A stretch of 64,000 nt of DNA from the NCBI GenBank assembly GCA_039811685.1, contig JBDHZC010000001.1:480001-544000 (forward strand). The letters are read 5' to 3'. This DNA is from Armatimonadota bacterium (GTDB taxonomy: Bacteria > Armatimonadota > UBA5829 > DSUL01). Shown here piece by piece: positions 10,026 through 21,463 of the stretch. The notes under the pieces were generated by a model that saw only the letters and a program-made list of their open reading frames with translations, was not told the origin of the DNA and did no database searches. The stretch's first letter is position 1, and the number at the start of each line of letters is the position of its first letter. The translations under genes and the position numbers were made by a program.

Positions 10026-10377
10026 CCTCCATGTCCTGGCATTTCAGGCAAAGAGAGGCGGACGGCATCGCCTCCAGCCGCTCTGGAGCAATAGGAGTTC
10101 CGCACCGGTCGCACGTCCCGTAGGTCCCCTCCTCTATCTTCTCCAGCGCCCGATCGATTTTTTCAATAAGTGACTCGACGTTGTCCGAAAGCGCAATATC
10201 GCGCTCCCGCTCAAACGTGCTGCTTCCTGTATCGCCTGGATGATCGCCGTAGTCTGAGAGTTCACCTATCTCCTCCGACTGCCTGCGCTCGGAGTTCGAT
10301 TCGTCAACCTCATCTCGCTCTTCGATAAGACGCTGCCGCTCCTCCAGTAAATCAGCTTTTGTCACTGCCAAGTTCAT
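10015..10377 (-). CDS. TraR/DksA C4 zinc-finger protein (YteA-like)
   Basis: GELSDYGDHPGD..S.TFERE, ALEKIEEGTYGTCDRCG.PI..ERLEA.P..SLCLKC. Confidence 0.88.
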   Translation of the reverse strand: MNLAVTKADLLEERQRLIEERDEVDESNSERRQSEEIGELSDYGDHPGDTGSSTFERERDIALSDNVESLIEKIDRALEKIEEGTYGTCDRCGTPIAPERLEAMPSASLCLKCQDMEDGL

Positions 10378-10380
10378 GTC

Positions 10381-13158
10381 TTACTCCCGGGGCTGGACAA
10401 CGAGCTTTGACACCACATCCGCACACCTTGCACACAAGTCAGGATGCGTGGAGTCATTTCCTACGTCTTCTCTTACCAGCCAGCACCGTTCACATTTTAC
10501 CCCGGGCGCAGGACTAACCTTCACCTGCCGGCCGTATTCTGAAGACGGGAGAAACTCCACCTTGCTGACGATGAACAGTGGACTCAACAACGGGGCGTTG
10601 TCTTGTAAGAAGCGCTCTTCCTCAGAGGACGGCGCGATAGACACCATCGCCTCCACCGGCTTTCCGATCTCCCCGGCTTGACGGGCTTCTTCAATGGTTC
10701 TGTAAACGTCTTCCCGCAAACTCATCAACGCTGCAAATTTTCGATCGAGTTCCTCATTCCTGAAATCCGGATTGACTTGCGGAAAGCTGGCCAGATGCAC
10801 ACTGGGCACCTCGGAGTCATAGCCAGCCGAACGCCACACTTCCTCGCACGTGTGCACCAGAACGGGCGCAACCAGTCGAACAAGCGCATGGAGCACGTGT
10901 AACAACGCCGTTTGAGCGGAGCGACGCTCAGAAGAATCCGGAGACTCCGCGTACAGGCAGTCTTTCACGATATCCAGATAGAGTGAACTAAGCTCAACCG
11001 CACAGAAGTTGTGCGCTTCGTGCATAACACGGTGGAACTCATAGGATTCATAGGCCTGCGTGACCGCCTCTGTCAGAACCTGGAGGCGATGCAGCATCCA
11101 GCGGTCAATTTCGTGCATTTCAGCAGGTGAGATCGACTGAGATGTATCGAAATCTGACAGATTGGCAATGAGGAAGCGGAAGGTGTTGCGAATACGCCGA
11201 TAGGTATCGGAGGCTCGCTGCAGAGCTTCCTCCCCCAGCCTGGCGTCACCCATCACATTGAAGGACGCAGCAGCGACACGCGCAACATCCGCGCCGTACT
11301 TGTTGATGACGTCTGCTGTGTTGATGACGTTGCCGCGGGACTTGTGCATCGCGTGTCCGTCCGCATCCACCATCCAACCGTTAGTCACAACAGAACGGAA
11401 AGGAGCTTCGCCTTTTGTGGCAACTCCAATCATCAGCGATTTGTTGAACCACCCACGGTGCTGGTCGTTGCCTTCCAGGTACAGATCCGCCGGATAGTGC
11501 AGCTCAGGCCAGGGCTTCCCTTCCAGTACAGCGCGACAGGTGGAACCGCTATCGAACCATACGTCCAGAATGTCGGTCTCTTTACGGAAACTTGTCCCTC
11601 CACAACTGCTGCATCGCGTTCCTTCCGGTAGCAGCTCTTCCGCAGGCCGGGCAAACCAGGCATCCGCTGTTTCCCGCTCTACGATATCAGCGACAAAATC
11701 GACCGTCTCTTTGTTCATTAACTCCGTATCGCACTGCTCGCAGAAAAAGACAGGGATTCCAACGCCCCACGCTCTTTGGCGGGAAATACACCAGTCCGGA
11801 GCGCCGCTCACCATGGCTGTGATTCGATTGATCGAATCTTCAGGAAGCCACTTGACCTTCCCAATCTGCTCAAGCGCTCGTTGTCTGTGGCCGCCGTGGT
11901 CCAGGCTCATGAACCACTGGACAGTAGCGCGGAAGATAACGGGCCCATGGCAGCGCCAGCAGTGGGGATAGCTGTGTGTGATCTCACCAGCGGCAACTAA
12001 CTGACCTGCCTCGCGCAAAGCGTCAACAACCGCCCCGTTGCCGCTGCGGATGTCCATTCCTTCAAACTGCCCAGCCTCTTTGGTGAAAACACCCTTCTCA
12101 TTGACGGGATTCAACACTTGCAGACCATAGGCTTTGCCAGTCTCAAAGTCCTCACGGCCGTGTCCCGGGGCGGTGTGAACGGCTCCTGTGCCTTCATCGA
12201 GGGTTACGTAGTCCGCAAAAACCAGCGGTGAGTCCCGGTCAAAAAGCGGATGCCGAAAGACCAGAGATTTGAGAGAATCTCCCCGGATCGTGCGAACCAC
12301 TTCAAAGGTCTTTCCTGTGCGCTGCGCAGCCTGTTCGATCAGAGCGCTGGCTATGAGCACAACTCTTCCGTCCATTTTCGCCAGGCTGTATTCGTAGGAA
12401 GGGTGCACCGCCACGGCCATGTTTGCTGGAATAGTCCACGGCGTTGTCGTCCAGATGAGGACGCCGGCTTCTCCGTCAAGCCCCTGATAGATGTTGTCTG
12501 GATCGCTCTTCAGCGGGAAAAACACATAGATTGAAGTGGAGACGTGATCGGCGTATTCAATTTCCGCATCCGCCAGCGCGGTCTCGCACGTTGGACACCA
12601 GTGAATAGGCCGCAGACCGCGATAGATGAACCCCTTGTCCACCAATTCACCAAAGACGCGGACAATGGCGGCTTCCATCTGCGGATCCATGGTCAGATAA
12701 GGACGATCCCAATCGCCACGGATTCCGAGACGGATGTACTGCTCACGCTGCGTATCAATCCAGTGCTGCGCATATTCCCTGCACCGCTTGCGGATAGCCA
12801 TCCGCTCGGGTGCGAGCTTCTTCTCCCGAAACTCCGCGGAGACGTTGTTCTCAATGGGCATGCCGTGATTGTCCCAGCCCGGGATGAACGGAGCGCGATA
12901 CCCGCACATCGTGCGGAACCGGGTTACGAAATCTTTAGGCAGCTTGTTCTGCATAGCGTTGCCGACATGCACGTGTCCATTTGAATACGGAGGCCCGTCG
13001 TGAAGGATGAATGTCCCTCTGGGAGCGTCTTTTTCCAGAGACTTTGCGTACAAATCGATCTCGTCCCAGACACGCTGGATGTCTGGCTCGCGCTGAGGCA
13101 GATTGGCCTTCATTGGGAAATCAGTTTTAGGCAGATTAAGAGTCTTAGAATAGTCCAT
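10381..13158 (-). CDS. ileS: Isoleucine--tRNA ligase (type 1, C-terminal Zn finger)
   Basis: TLNLPKTDFPMKANL, LHDGPPY, WTTTPWTIP, GTGAVHTAPGHG, DWCISRQRAWG, KCERCW..LCARC. Confidence 0.97.
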   Translation of the reverse strand: MDYSKTLNLPKTDFPMKANLPQREPDIQRVWDEIDLYAKSLEKDAPRGTFILHDGPPYSNGHVHVGNAMQNKLPKDFVTRFRTMCGYRAPFIPGWDNHGMPIENNVSAEFREKKLAPERMAIRKRCREYAQHWIDTQREQYIRLGIRGDWDRPYLTMDPQMEAAIVRVFGELVDKGFIYRGLRPIHWCPTCETALADAEIEYADHVSTSIYVFFPLKSDPDNIYQGLDGEAGVLIWTTTPWTIPANMAVAVHPSYEYSLAKMDGRVVLIASALIEQAAQRTGKTFEVVRTIRGDSLKSLVFRHPLFDRDSPLVFADYVTLDEGTGAVHTAPGHGREDFETGKAYGLQVLNPVNEKGVFTKEAGQFEGMDIRSGNGAVVDALREAGQLVAAGEITHSYPHCWRCHGPVIFRATVQWFMSLDHGGHRQRALEQIGKVKWLPEDSINRITAMVSGAPDWCISRQRAWGVGIPVFFCEQCDTELMNKETVDFVADIVERETADAWFARPAEELLPEGTRCSSCGGTSFRKETDILDVWFDSGSTCRAVLEGKPWPELHYPADLYLEGNDQHRGWFNKSLMIGVATKGEAPFRSVVTNGWMVDADGHAMHKSRGNVINTADVINKYGADVARVAAASFNVMGDARLGEEALQRASDTYRRIRNTFRFLIANLSDFDTSQSISPAEMHEIDRWMLHRLQVLTEAVTQAYESYEFHRVMHEAHNFCAVELSSLYLDIVKDCLYAESPDSSERRSAQTALLHVLHALVRLVAPVLVHTCEEVWRSAGYDSEVPSVHLASFPQVNPDFRNEELDRKFAALMSLREDVYRTIEEARQAGEIGKPVEAMVSIAPSSEEERFLQDNAPLLSPLFIVSKVEFLPSSEYGRQVKVSPAPGVKCERCWLVREDVGNDSTHPDLCARCADVVSKLVVQPRE

Positions 13159-13207
13159 TCAGTGAAGCAATCTCAGAAGAAGAGCCTGCTGATGCAGGCT
13201 TTGCGAA

Positions 13208-14071
13208 TTATTTTTGAATCTCGGCGTAACGCACTAAGAAGTCTTGCAGCGCGTCCCTCCATGGTCGCATAGGAGGCAGATTTGCAAGTCTCAAGGCCCT
13301 GTGTTCCAGAACGGAGTATGCGGGCCGCTTTGTTGGCGAAGGCCACTCTTCGGAGTTAATTCTACTCAAATTCGCATCATTCAGTCCGCTATCCAGTAGA
13401 ATTGCCCTCGCAAACTCATGCCACGAGCAACTTCCTGAGTTTGTCACATGGTACACACCGTACAGAGGTTGTCGAATGATGCGCGCGACTGCTTCAGCCA
13501 GATCGACAGTGTAGGTTGGACTGCCTTCCTGATCTCCAATCACACGCAAAGGCTTGCCTTCTCTGGCCACGCGCAGAATAGTGGCGGGAAAAGACTTGCC
13601 GAGCGGCCCGTAAAGCCATGCCGTACGAGCGATATAGTGTTTGCGAACCATCTGGCGCACGAGTTCTTCACCCGCGTACTTGGTTCGCCCATAAACGCTG
13701 AGCGGATTTGCGCGCTCGAACTCATCGTAAGGTTGCGCCGCGCGCCCGTCAAAGACGAAATCTGTACTGATATACAGCATCGCGGCGTCTGTTTCCTGGC
13801 AGGCTGCCGCTATGTTCCAGGTTCCGCCCGCGTTCACTCTCCAGGCGGTTTCCGGCTCTGTCTGACAGGCATCCACGTTTGTAAAGGCGGCCAGGTGAAG
13901 AACCACGTCAGGTTTTGATCTGGCAATGAAGGTGCGTACCGCCCCTAGATCGGTGATGTCCAATGGGATAGAATCACCCGTGATATCCACGCCCACGACC
14001 TCATCGTCTGGAAGCGCCGAGACCATGTCCTGGCCCAGCATTCCAGACGCCCCTGTTACAAGAATCTTCAT
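13208..14071 (-). CDS. rfbD: dTDP-4-dehydrorhamnose reductase
   Basis: GASGMLG, AAFTNVD, YISTDFVFDG, YGRTK, RTAWLYG, DQEGSPTY, RPAYS. Confidence 0.93.
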   Translation of the reverse strand: MKILVTGASGMLGQDMVSALPDDEVVGVDITGDSIPLDITDLGAVRTFIARSKPDVVLHLAAFTNVDACQTEPETAWRVNAGGTWNIAAACQETDAAMLYISTDFVFDGRAAQPYDEFERANPLSVYGRTKYAGEELVRQMVRKHYIARTAWLYGPLGKSFPATILRVAREGKPLRVIGDQEGSPTYTVDLAEAVARIIRQPLYGVYHVTNSGSCSWHEFARAILLDSGLNDANLSRINSEEWPSPTKRPAYSVLEHRALRLANLPPMRPWRDALQDFLVRYAEIQK

Positions 14072-14202
14072 CCTCTGCCCATTCTCCAGAAAATCAACAT
14101 TGTACAGCTCACTGCTGTGCCCTTATATAGCCGACTCAAACCGCCCTCTGCTTGCGATGCCTCAACCAGCGATGAGTAGTGATTATGAGCTAAGGCCCTG
14201 CA

Positions 14203-14211
14203 TGGTATAAT
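14203..14211 (+). promoter_or_regulatory. Extended -10 promoter (TGnTATAAT) upstream of the sensor kinase
   Basis: TGGTATAAT perfect match in the intergenic region, about 80 bp before the GTG at 14291. Confidence 0.55.
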
Positions 14212-14290
14212 CCGAGTGAACCGATTACCCCGGGATTTTGGTCGTTGACGGGCTTCTGGCTCCGTTTTCCGTTGAGAGCGTCCTGACGTC

Positions 14291-17200
14291 GTGAAGAACC
14301 TTGCAAGCACAGCCAAGCCCCCTCCAGAATCTGGAGCAAAGGGTGTGGAGCAGATATGGGAAGAGGCGGTCTCTGCCTTGTATGAGCAGTGGTCGCAGCG
14401 CTTTCCCGTACGTAGCCTGGCGATTTTTGGCGCAAGCGTTGATGAGCCACCCCTGCTCGCAAGCGCAGGCTCAGCAGGCGACGCAGGCGTCAGCAGGTTG
14501 AGGCTGGCAGCTATCTGTGAGCGCGATGGCGGGGCCCTGCCACCACAGACATTTTCCTTCTCAATTCGCGACGGATCGGCCGTGTCCGCTATCGCAGCGT
14601 GGGAAACAGCGGACGGTGACACTTACGAAGAGACTTCCAAGCTCGGCACAGAACTCCATCTCGCTGTTGAGAACGCAATCCTGCGCCAGAAATTGCTGGA
14701 AAGCAGAGTGGAAGAGGCCAATCGTCTGGAGCGGCTGCGGGCTGTCTATGACATCGGGCAGGCGATACACACCCGCACCGGACAGGACCTGCTGAGGTTT
14801 GTATGCGAGAAGTCCGCCTCAGTCATGCAGGCCCAGGCCTGTTCCCTGATGCTGAAGAACAGCAGCAACGAACTGGTCATCGTCGCCAGCTTCGGACTGC
14901 CGCAGGACATAGTACAGCGCACGCGCATTCCTCGCGGATCGGGAGTTGCGTGGCATGTGGCGCTCTCCGGGGAGCCGGTCCTGTTGAACGAATCTCCCTC
15001 TGAGCAAATTGGCGATATTACACTTGCTGACCGCTCGGACATTCAGTCTTCTTTGTGTGTCCCGTTGCGGGGGCATGATCAACGCGTGTCCGGCGTGCTT
15101 TCAATCCGGAGAATGATTCCGGCGCCTGAGTTTGAGGACGAAGATCTGCGTCTGTTTTGTGTCATTGCGGATCAGGTGGCGCTGGCTCTGGCGAATGCAG
15201 ACCTTCTCTCCAATTTGAACCGCCGTGTAAACGAAATGGCCACGGTCAACAGGCTAACGGCCGCCATCAACTCTACGCTGGATCTGGAATATGTCCTGGC
15301 TCAGATAGCGGACTGTATCATTGACGTCGTAGGTTTCGGAAGATGTATCCTGTATCTGACAGATTACAAGAACGGCCTGGAGGCTAGAATCGTGCGCGGC
15401 TATGGGGACGCTGACAGCTACGCCAGCACTCTCGAGCAGCCGACGGGCATTATGGAGATGGCCATTCGCGAGCAAATCGTCATTTCCGCAGAAGGCGAAG
15501 AGCTGACCACCGCATCCCCCGTTGAGGACCCTGAACTGGCAGGGTCGCATGCGGTTATCGCCGCTCCCATCGTCGTGCGCCGCCAGACAATCGGAGTAAT
15601 TGTTGCGGACAATCAGAATACCGCCCAGGCCGTGGACCCCGCACAGGTTGAGCTGCTATCGACGTTCGTCAATCATACTGGTCTGGCTATTGAAAACTCC
15701 CGGCTGTACGAGGCTATGGAGCAGAAATACTCCGAGCTGAATGTTCTCTACGAACTGTCCCGCACGATCGGATCGGCCTATGGACTGGACAACGCAGCGC
15801 AGCTTCTGTTGGAGGTGACACTCAAAGCCGTCCCTTATGCGTCGGCGGCGTTTGCGCTGGTGAACGAAAATCTGCAGCGGGCTTCCGTACATTCCACACG
15901 CCACACCAATCAGGATCATCCGGCGCCCTGGCAGATGCTTGAAGAGTCCGACGTAGCCGCGCTCATTTCCGATCTGCGCGATCTGAAAGTTGTGTCCCCG
16001 GAAACTGACGATCAAAGCGAGTGGGGCATGGCGTGCAGCCGTTTATTGCAGCAAACCGGCGCCCTGCTGTTTATGCCTCTTATCGCTGACAGGAGGCTTG
16101 TTGGAGTTCTGGCCCTTTCACGGGATTTCGGGCTGGAGTTTACGTCCAACGACATCAAGCTGTTGTCTATCATAAGCTCCCATGCAAGCGTCGTAATCAA
16201 AAATGCGGTGAGCTACGAACGCAGCGTACAGGAAAAAGTCCTCGAACTGTCTGCGCTGTATGAGTTTTCACAGCGAATCAGCACTGCGAGCACCTTGACT
16301 GAAGCTCTGGACAGCATCCTGGCCATTGTGAGTGATCTCGTTGAATGCGACGAATGCCTGATCTGGACCGTGGATTCGGAAACAAATGAGATGGACCTGC
16401 GCGCATCACGACTCGTCGGTATTGAGTCTGACGGAAAGCAGCTCCGTCCTCAAGTTGATGCGGGCCTTGCGGCGTGGGCGGTCCGAGAGCGCAAAGCGAT
16501 TGCGCTGGCAGATATTCGGCAGGACTCGCGCTTCTCTGAGGACACCCTGCGTGGAAGTCGCGTCCGCTCCCTGATGTCCATTCCGCTCATGGTGCAGGAC
16601 GAGGTCGTCGGTGTTCTCAGCGTGCACAGCTACACACCCAGCGCCTACACAGAGGGACAGGTTCGCACTCTGTCGGTAATCGCCTCACAGGCGGCCTCGC
16701 TGTACCGTGGTCTGGAGGCGCTGACCGCTCTGACTAGCTACACTGACAACATTCTGACCAGTGTAGCCGCAGGCGTTGTGGCCCTTGGCACGGATGGGTC
16801 TATTGTGAGTTGGAATCGCGCAGCGGAGGATATCCTTGAGCTTCCCGCCGAGTCCGCGCTGGGCAACGAGTTCTTTGACACTATCGAAGCCGTCAATGTC
16901 CCGAAAGAAGACCTGGCGAAGTTGATCAGCGCCATTGGGCGCGTCAAAGACACGGGAGCGTCGGAAAGAGGTGTCGAGATTGCTGCGCGGCTGAGTGAAG
17001 AGCGAACTCTCCATCTCACTCTCAGCATTTCCCAGCTTCAGAGCCACGCCGGTGAGCCACTGGGACTGGTCATCATCTTTGAGGACATCACGACGCAGGT
17101 TGAGATGCAGGTGGAAGTGCGCAGGATGCATGAGCTTGCGGCGATCGGCCAGCTTGCCGCCAGTATCGCTCATGAGCTGAGAAATCCGCTTTCGTCCATC

Positions 17201-17854
17201 AAGGGCGCCGCGCAGTTTCTGCAGCACGAAACGCATGACCCATCCACAGTCGAGTTTCTCGGCATCATTCTTGAGGAAGTTGACGGCCTCAACAAGATCG
17301 CCAGCGAGTTTCTGGACTTTGCCAGACAACTCAAGCTGGAAACTACTGAGGTCAACCTGTCTGACGTCATTCAGAAGCAGCTCTCGCTGCTGGCGCCACA
17401 GCTCGAAGAAGCAAATACTGTTGCGGAGAGTCACATAGATCCCGAAGTTCCACCTATTGTGTGCGACCAGAAGCACCTGGAGCAGGTTCTTCTCAACCTT
17501 GCGTTGAACTCTATCCAGGCGATGCAGGAAGGTGGGCGGCTGGCAATTTCCGTGCGGCCTTCTCAAAAATGGCCGGAACACGTCCAGATAGACGTCAAAG
17601 ACACCGGCGCAGGCATTGCGCCAGAGCGCCTGGGAAAGATATTCACCCCGTTTTTCACTACCAAAGTCAAAGGCACGGGTCTCGGTCTCCCGGTGGTCCA
17701 GAAGATTGTTCAGAACCATCAGGGGCATATCGAGGTTGACTCAAAAATAGGAGATGGAGCGTTGTTCAGAATACACCTCCCAATCGCCGGGCCCCGGCCG
17801 TCACTGTTGGGTGAGTTTCCTGATTCACCTCCAGACCTCCTGGAGCGTACGTAG
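14291..17854 (+). CDS. Cytoplasmic sensor histidine kinase with four GAF domains, PAS, HisKA and HATPase
   Basis: Repeated GAF signatures (SLCVPL..GVL, APIVV..IGVI, MPL...VGVL, SIPL...VGVL), PAS (WNRAAE.IL), [11 protein letters not shown] boxes ([20 protein letters not shown]). No TM segments seen. Confidence 0.9.
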   Translation: MKNLASTAKPPPESGAKGVEQIWEEAVSALYEQWSQRFPVRSLAIFGASVDEPPLLASAGSAGDAGVSRLRLAAICERDGGALPPQTFSFSIRDGSAVSAIAAWETADGDTYEETSKLGTELHLAVENAILRQKLLESRVEEANRLERLRAVYDIGQAIHTRTGQDLLRFVCEKSASVMQAQACSLMLKNSSNELVIVASFGLPQDIVQRTRIPRGSGVAWHVALSGEPVLLNESPSEQIGDITLADRSDIQSSLCVPLRGHDQRVSGVLSIRRMIPAPEFEDEDLRLFCVIADQVALALANADLLSNLNRRVNEMATVNRLTAAINSTLDLEYVLAQIADCIIDVVGFGRCILYLTDYKNGLEARIVRGYGDADSYASTLEQPTGIMEMAIREQIVISAEGEELTTASPVEDPELAGSHAVIAAPIVVRRQTIGVIVADNQNTAQAVDPAQVELLSTFVNHTGLAIENSRLYEAMEQKYSELNVLYELSRTIGSAYGLDNAAQLLLEVTLKAVPYASAAFALVNENLQRASVHSTRHTNQDHPAPWQMLEESDVAALISDLRDLKVVSPETDDQSEWGMACSRLLQQTGALLFMPLIADRRLVGVLALSRDFGLEFTSNDIKLLSIISSHASVVIKNAVSYERSVQEKVLELSALYEFSQRISTASTLTEALDSILAIVSDLVECDECLIWTVDSETNEMDLRASRLVGIESDGKQLRPQVDAGLAAWAVRERKAIALADIRQDSRFSEDTLRGSRVRSLMSIPLMVQDEVVGVLSVHSYTPSAYTEGQVRTLSVIASQAASLYRGLEALTALTSYTDNILTSVAAGVVALGTDGSIVSWNRAAEDILELPAESALGNEFFDTIEAVNVPKEDLAKLISAIGRVKDTGASERGVEIAARLSEERTLHLTLSISQLQSHAGEPLGLVIIFEDITTQVEMQVEVRRMHELAAIGQLAASIAHELRNPLSSIKGAAQFLQHETHDPSTVEFLGIILEEVDGLNKIASEFLDFARQLKLETTEVNLSDVIQKQLSLLAPQLEEANTVAESHIDPEVPPIVCDQKHLEQVLLNLALNSIQAMQEGGRLAISVRPSQKWPEHVQIDVKDTGAGIAPERLGKIFTPFFTTKVKGTGLGLPVVQKIVQNHQGHIEVDSKIGDGALFRIHLPIAGPRPSLLGEFPDSPPDLLERT

Positions 17855-18021
17855 AACAGAGCCCGCTGAACTCAGCGCAAGGCGCCCTTTACCCTTGTGT
17901 TCAGCAGTTCGAGCGGCCGATAATAGTCAAGCGCGCAACGTCCTGCCACACTACTCCAAGACTACTGGCTACCGGAGGTTCGATACGACAGGACGCAGCA
18001 GCGCTCTAAGAAGGATTTGCA

Positions 18022-19221
18022 TTGTCTGATAACGGTCGACCTGGCAGCATTCTAATCGCGGATGATGAGCCCAACATTCGTCGTGTCCTTGAGGCAACCT
18101 TTCAGCGCGAAGGCTACGAGGTGATGACAGCGGAGAGCGGTAAGAAGGCTCTGGATATTCTCAAAGCAAACCAGACCACAGATGTCCTCATCAGCGATCT
18201 GATTATGCCGGACATCAACGGAGTCGAGCTTCTGGAGATTGTCCGGGATATGATTCCGTCGCTGTCGGTTGTGATGATAACCGCGCATGGGACAATCAAG
18301 ACCGCAGTGGACGCGATGCGTCTCGGCGCTTTTGACTACGTCACCAAACCATTCGATGTCGACGAGCTGAAGACACTGGTCAAGAAGGCGATCGAGCGCC
18401 GGCAGATGGCCTCGCCAGACTCCAGTGTCAAGGAAAAGCTCAAGACTGCCTACAAGTTTGACCGGATTATTGGCTCTTCACCCAGGATGCAGGAAATACT
18501 GGCGATGGTCGGAAGGGTGGCCAACTCTCGCGCCAGCGTTCTGATCCGCGGTGAAAGCGGAACGGGTAAGGAAGCTATCGCCCGCGCGATTCACTTTAAC
18601 TCACCGCGCGCCAACAATGCGCTGGTCGCGGTAGCGTGTATCGCTCTTTCTGAGAACCTGCTTGAAAGTGAGCTTTTCGGACACGAAAAAGGCTCCTTCA
18701 CGGGCGCTCTGGCGCAGAAAACTGGACGCTTTGAGATGGCGCACAGAGGCAGTCTGTTTCTGGATGAAATCGGCGACATTCCGCACCCCGTACAGATGAA
18801 GCTTCTACGTGTGCTGCAGGAGCGTGAGTTCGAGCGGGTTGGCGGAAACAAGACTATCAGGGTGGATGTGCGGCTGATAACGGCCACCAATCAGGACCTG
18901 GAGGCGCTGGTAAAATCAGGAGACTTCCGGGAAGACCTGCTCTACCGTCTGAAAGTTGTGGAGATTGTCCTGCCGCCTTTGAGGGAACGCAAGGAAGACA
19001 TCCCCGCGCTTGTCAAGCATTTTGTCGAGCGTTACGGAAGTGAGGATGGTAGAAGCATCACAGGCGCTGGAAGGGACTTCCTGAAAGCGCTCGAGTCCTA
19101 CAACTGGCCTGGGAACATTCGCGAACTCGAAAACGCGATTGAGCGAGCTTGCGTGCTCGCCGACCCTGGCGCCAGAGAGCTGACCGCAGACCTCCTTCCA
19201 CCCGCTGTTACTGCAAATTAA
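18022..19221 (+). CDS. NtrC/AtoC-family sigma54-dependent response regulator (REC + AAA+, no C-terminal HTH)
   Basis: REC (ADDE, D-LIMP, KPF), [46 protein letters not shown]. The protein ends right after the AAA+ domain. Confidence 0.92.
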   Translation: MSDNGRPGSILIADDEPNIRRVLEATFQREGYEVMTAESGKKALDILKANQTTDVLISDLIMPDINGVELLEIVRDMIPSLSVVMITAHGTIKTAVDAMRLGAFDYVTKPFDVDELKTLVKKAIERRQMASPDSSVKEKLKTAYKFDRIIGSSPRMQEILAMVGRVANSRASVLIRGESGTGKEAIARAIHFNSPRANNALVAVACIALSENLLESELFGHEKGSFTGALAQKTGRFEMAHRGSLFLDEIGDIPHPVQMKLLRVLQEREFERVGGNKTIRVDVRLITATNQDLEALVKSGDFREDLLYRLKVVEIVLPPLRERKEDIPALVKHFVERYGSEDGRSITGAGRDFLKALESYNWPGNIRELENAIERACVLADPGARELTADLLPPAVTAN

Positions 19222-19282
19222 CTCGCTGACAAGCGCTTAGTCAGGGGAGCCGTCATGGGCGAGAACGGATGAGTTCGCTGGG

Positions 19283-19879
19283 TTACCGGGGGTTCTGCCG
19301 CTCTACCTCGATACTCTCTTCTCTCCCATCGCAGTCCATTCCCGAGAGGCTGATGGTGGCTCTGCCCCCAGCGACAACAGTCTGACCACTGAAAGTGCAC
19401 TGGGCGTCAACGGGTCCCGCCTTGCTGCTGAAGTCCTTACGCAGCGGTCCGGTAACAGTGCCGTCGCTTCGCCCTGCCCCGATTCGTCCGCAGACGAGAT
19501 GTACTGACCCTGCGCCATCCACCATACCTGCCCACAGATAAAGCATTCCAGACCCCGCGCCGGGAGCCGCCTGATAGCCATAGCCGGTCACGGCGCCAGC
19601 AGGAGAGACACGCAAGTGGGCGCGCCCAGCTTTCGAAAGGAGCACGTGTGATCCGATTCTGAACTTGCCCTCGTAAGTGCCTGCAAAGCGGGAAAAGGAG
19701 GCCGGCGGGGCAGTTTTGAGCGCAATCGTCTTAACCGATCTGGCTGGCGGGGTGATAGTCGGAGGCGAGGGCGCCGCCGCTCTCGGTATCACAAAAGCTT
19801 TCAGAAATAGAGCCGCGGCGACAACCGTTACTGCCACAGCAACCGCGCTTTTGACGTCTTCGTCTGTGGTATCGAACAA
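19283..19879 (-). CDS. Hypothetical exported/membrane-anchored protein
   Basis: N-terminal hydrophobic helix, Pro-rich linker, Gly-rich beta-type domain; fills the gap between genes. Confidence 0.55.
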   Translation of the reverse strand: MFDTTDEDVKSAVAVAVTVVAAALFLKAFVIPRAAAPSPPTITPPARSVKTIALKTAPPASFSRFAGTYEGKFRIGSHVLLSKAGRAHLRVSPAGAVTGYGYQAAPGAGSGMLYLWAGMVDGAGSVHLVCGRIGAGRSDGTVTGPLRKDFSSKAGPVDAQCTFSGQTVVAGGRATISLSGMDCDGREESIEVERQNPR

Positions 19880-19929
19880 GGTAGACTCTCCAATGAGAGT
19901 ATTCCATACTTCTGAAAAAGAACGTGTAC

Positions 19930-20913
19930 TCAGGCGGAAACGACGTTAATGGGAGAGCCGCTTAGGAATGCGCGCAGGTTGGAGCAGGCCTCGTGGATCA
20001 TACGCTCGCGCGCCTGCTTAGTCGCCCACGCGATATGTGGGGTGATAATGCAGCGAGGGGCATGGAGTAACGGGTTGTCTGAGGATGGCGGCTCAGTTGA
20101 AAGCACGTCAAGCCCGGCTCCGCCGAGGTGTCCCGAGTGGAGCGCTTTCGACACCGCTTCCTCATCGATCAATCCCCCTCTGGAAGTGTTAATCAAGAAT
20201 GATCCAGGCTTCATCAACTCAAGTGTCTGTGTGCTGATAATCTGGGCGGTCTCAGGAGTTAGAGGACAGTGCAGCGACACAAAGTCTGAGTGTCCGAGAA
20301 GCGCCTCAAGAGAGACAGGCTCGACACCCATGTGCGGGACGGACAGGGACACGCCAGGCCGTCCGGTTACGAGAACGCGCATTCCGAAGGCGCGCGCTAT
20401 GCGAGCGCTAGCCCGGCCGATCCGCCCGTACCCAATTATGCCCATCGTCTTGCCGGTGAGCTCAGTGAGAGGTGAAAGGCGGAAGGAGAAATCCGGCGAC
20501 GACTCCCACTCTCCGCGATGTACAGCCTGAGAGTGATCGCCAGCATGCAGACATAACTCAAGCAGCAGAGCAATAGTAAGCTGCGCCACTGAATCCGTCG
20601 AGTAGCTAGGCACATTCGTCACAGTGATAGCCTGCCGGCTGGCCGCCGCGACATCCACATTGTTGTAGCCCGTAGCCAGCACGCCAATATAGCGCAAATC
20701 CGGGAGCTGATTGATGTCCTCAGCGCTTATGACAGCTTTGTTTGTCAGGGCAACTTGAGCGCCTCTCAGCCGCACCACCGTTTCCTGAGCCGCTGTGCGA
20801 GGATACACTGTTACATCACCCAGAGCTTCAAGAGCAGCCCAGGACAGGTCCCCAGGATTGAGACAGTATCCATCCAGAACAACGATCTGCACCTTATCTG
20901 TCTTTGAGGTCAT
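19930..20913 (-). CDS. D-2-hydroxyacid dehydrogenase (glycerate dehydrogenase/HprA-like)
   Basis: VVLDGY.LNPGDLSW, ATGYNNVD, GIIGYGRIG, SLHCPLT, INTSRG, DVLSTEPP, ITPHIAWA. Confidence 0.92.
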   Translation of the reverse strand: MTSKTDKVQIVVLDGYCLNPGDLSWAALEALGDVTVYPRTAAQETVVRLRGAQVALTNKAVISAEDINQLPDLRYIGVLATGYNNVDVAAASRQAITVTNVPSYSTDSVAQLTIALLLELCLHAGDHSQAVHRGEWESSPDFSFRLSPLTELTGKTMGIIGYGRIGRASARIARAFGMRVLVTGRPGVSLSVPHMGVEPVSLEALLGHSDFVSLHCPLTPETAQIISTQTLELMKPGSFLINTSRGGLIDEEAVSKALHSGHLGGAGLDVLSTEPPSSDNPLLHAPRCIITPHIAWATKQARERMIHEACSNLRAFLSGSPINVVSA

Positions 20914-21463
20914 TCCTGCCAGCATGGGAATGCAGAGTCTGCAGCGCGCGGGCGGCAAACCGGGACGCGTCCGGATCAATCTGAACCGCCCCTCGCGCCA
21001 GAGCTTGCTGGATTTTCCAGGCTACATACCGGCGGGCTGCTTCGGTCATAGATTCAGGGACAGGAATTCCGGCCGCACGCATCTGACTGTGGGCGTACAT
21101 CTCAGCTTCGTACTCTTTTCGGTGACGCGGTTTGCTGGTGTTACAGTGAAGGTGCAGATGAGCGCACTCGTGCAGAAAAATGTAGAGGGCTTTGCGCGTG
21201 CGCGGACGCGGGGCTTCCAGCGCTAGCAAGCCGTCCTTGTGCAGTGCGCGGCCAGTAAGCGCCTTTCGCCACGTCACGACTACGGCGTCTTTTGGGACGT
21301 TGTCCAGTGCGCACTGAAGGCATTTGCGGCCTGACGCGCTTCTTGCTCGTGTAAGCTCCTCCCGCAACAGCCTCCGAGCATTTCTCGTGACCCGAATGTC
21401 TCTGACGTGCTGTACACTGATTCTACTTCCCACTAGTGCCCTTTCTCCGGACAACACGGCCAC
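20894..21463 (-). CDS. Hypothetical protein with HExxH zinc-metallopeptidase motif
   Basis: IFLHECAH followed by EYEAEMYA (HExxH...ExEA, gluzincin-like). Start uncertain. Confidence 0.55.
   Translation of the reverse strand: MAVLSGERALVGSRISVQHVRDIRVTRNARRLLREELTRARSASGRKCLQCALDNVPKDAVVVTWRKALTGRALHKDGLLALEAPRPRTRKALYIFLHECAHLHLHCNTSKPRHRKEYEAEMYAHSQMRAAGIPVPESMTEAARRYVAWKIQQALARGAVQIDPDASRFAARALQTLHSHAGRNDLKDR

Noticed and set aside
13159..13207. T-box leader for ileS
   Set aside because: Only 49 bp of intergenic sequence and no T-box motif.
16685..17728. Long antisense ORF (347 aa), and similar ones at 30520-31626, 42713-43750 and 49460-50491
   Set aside because: Shadow frames opposite well-supported genes in GC-rich DNA, with no motifs.
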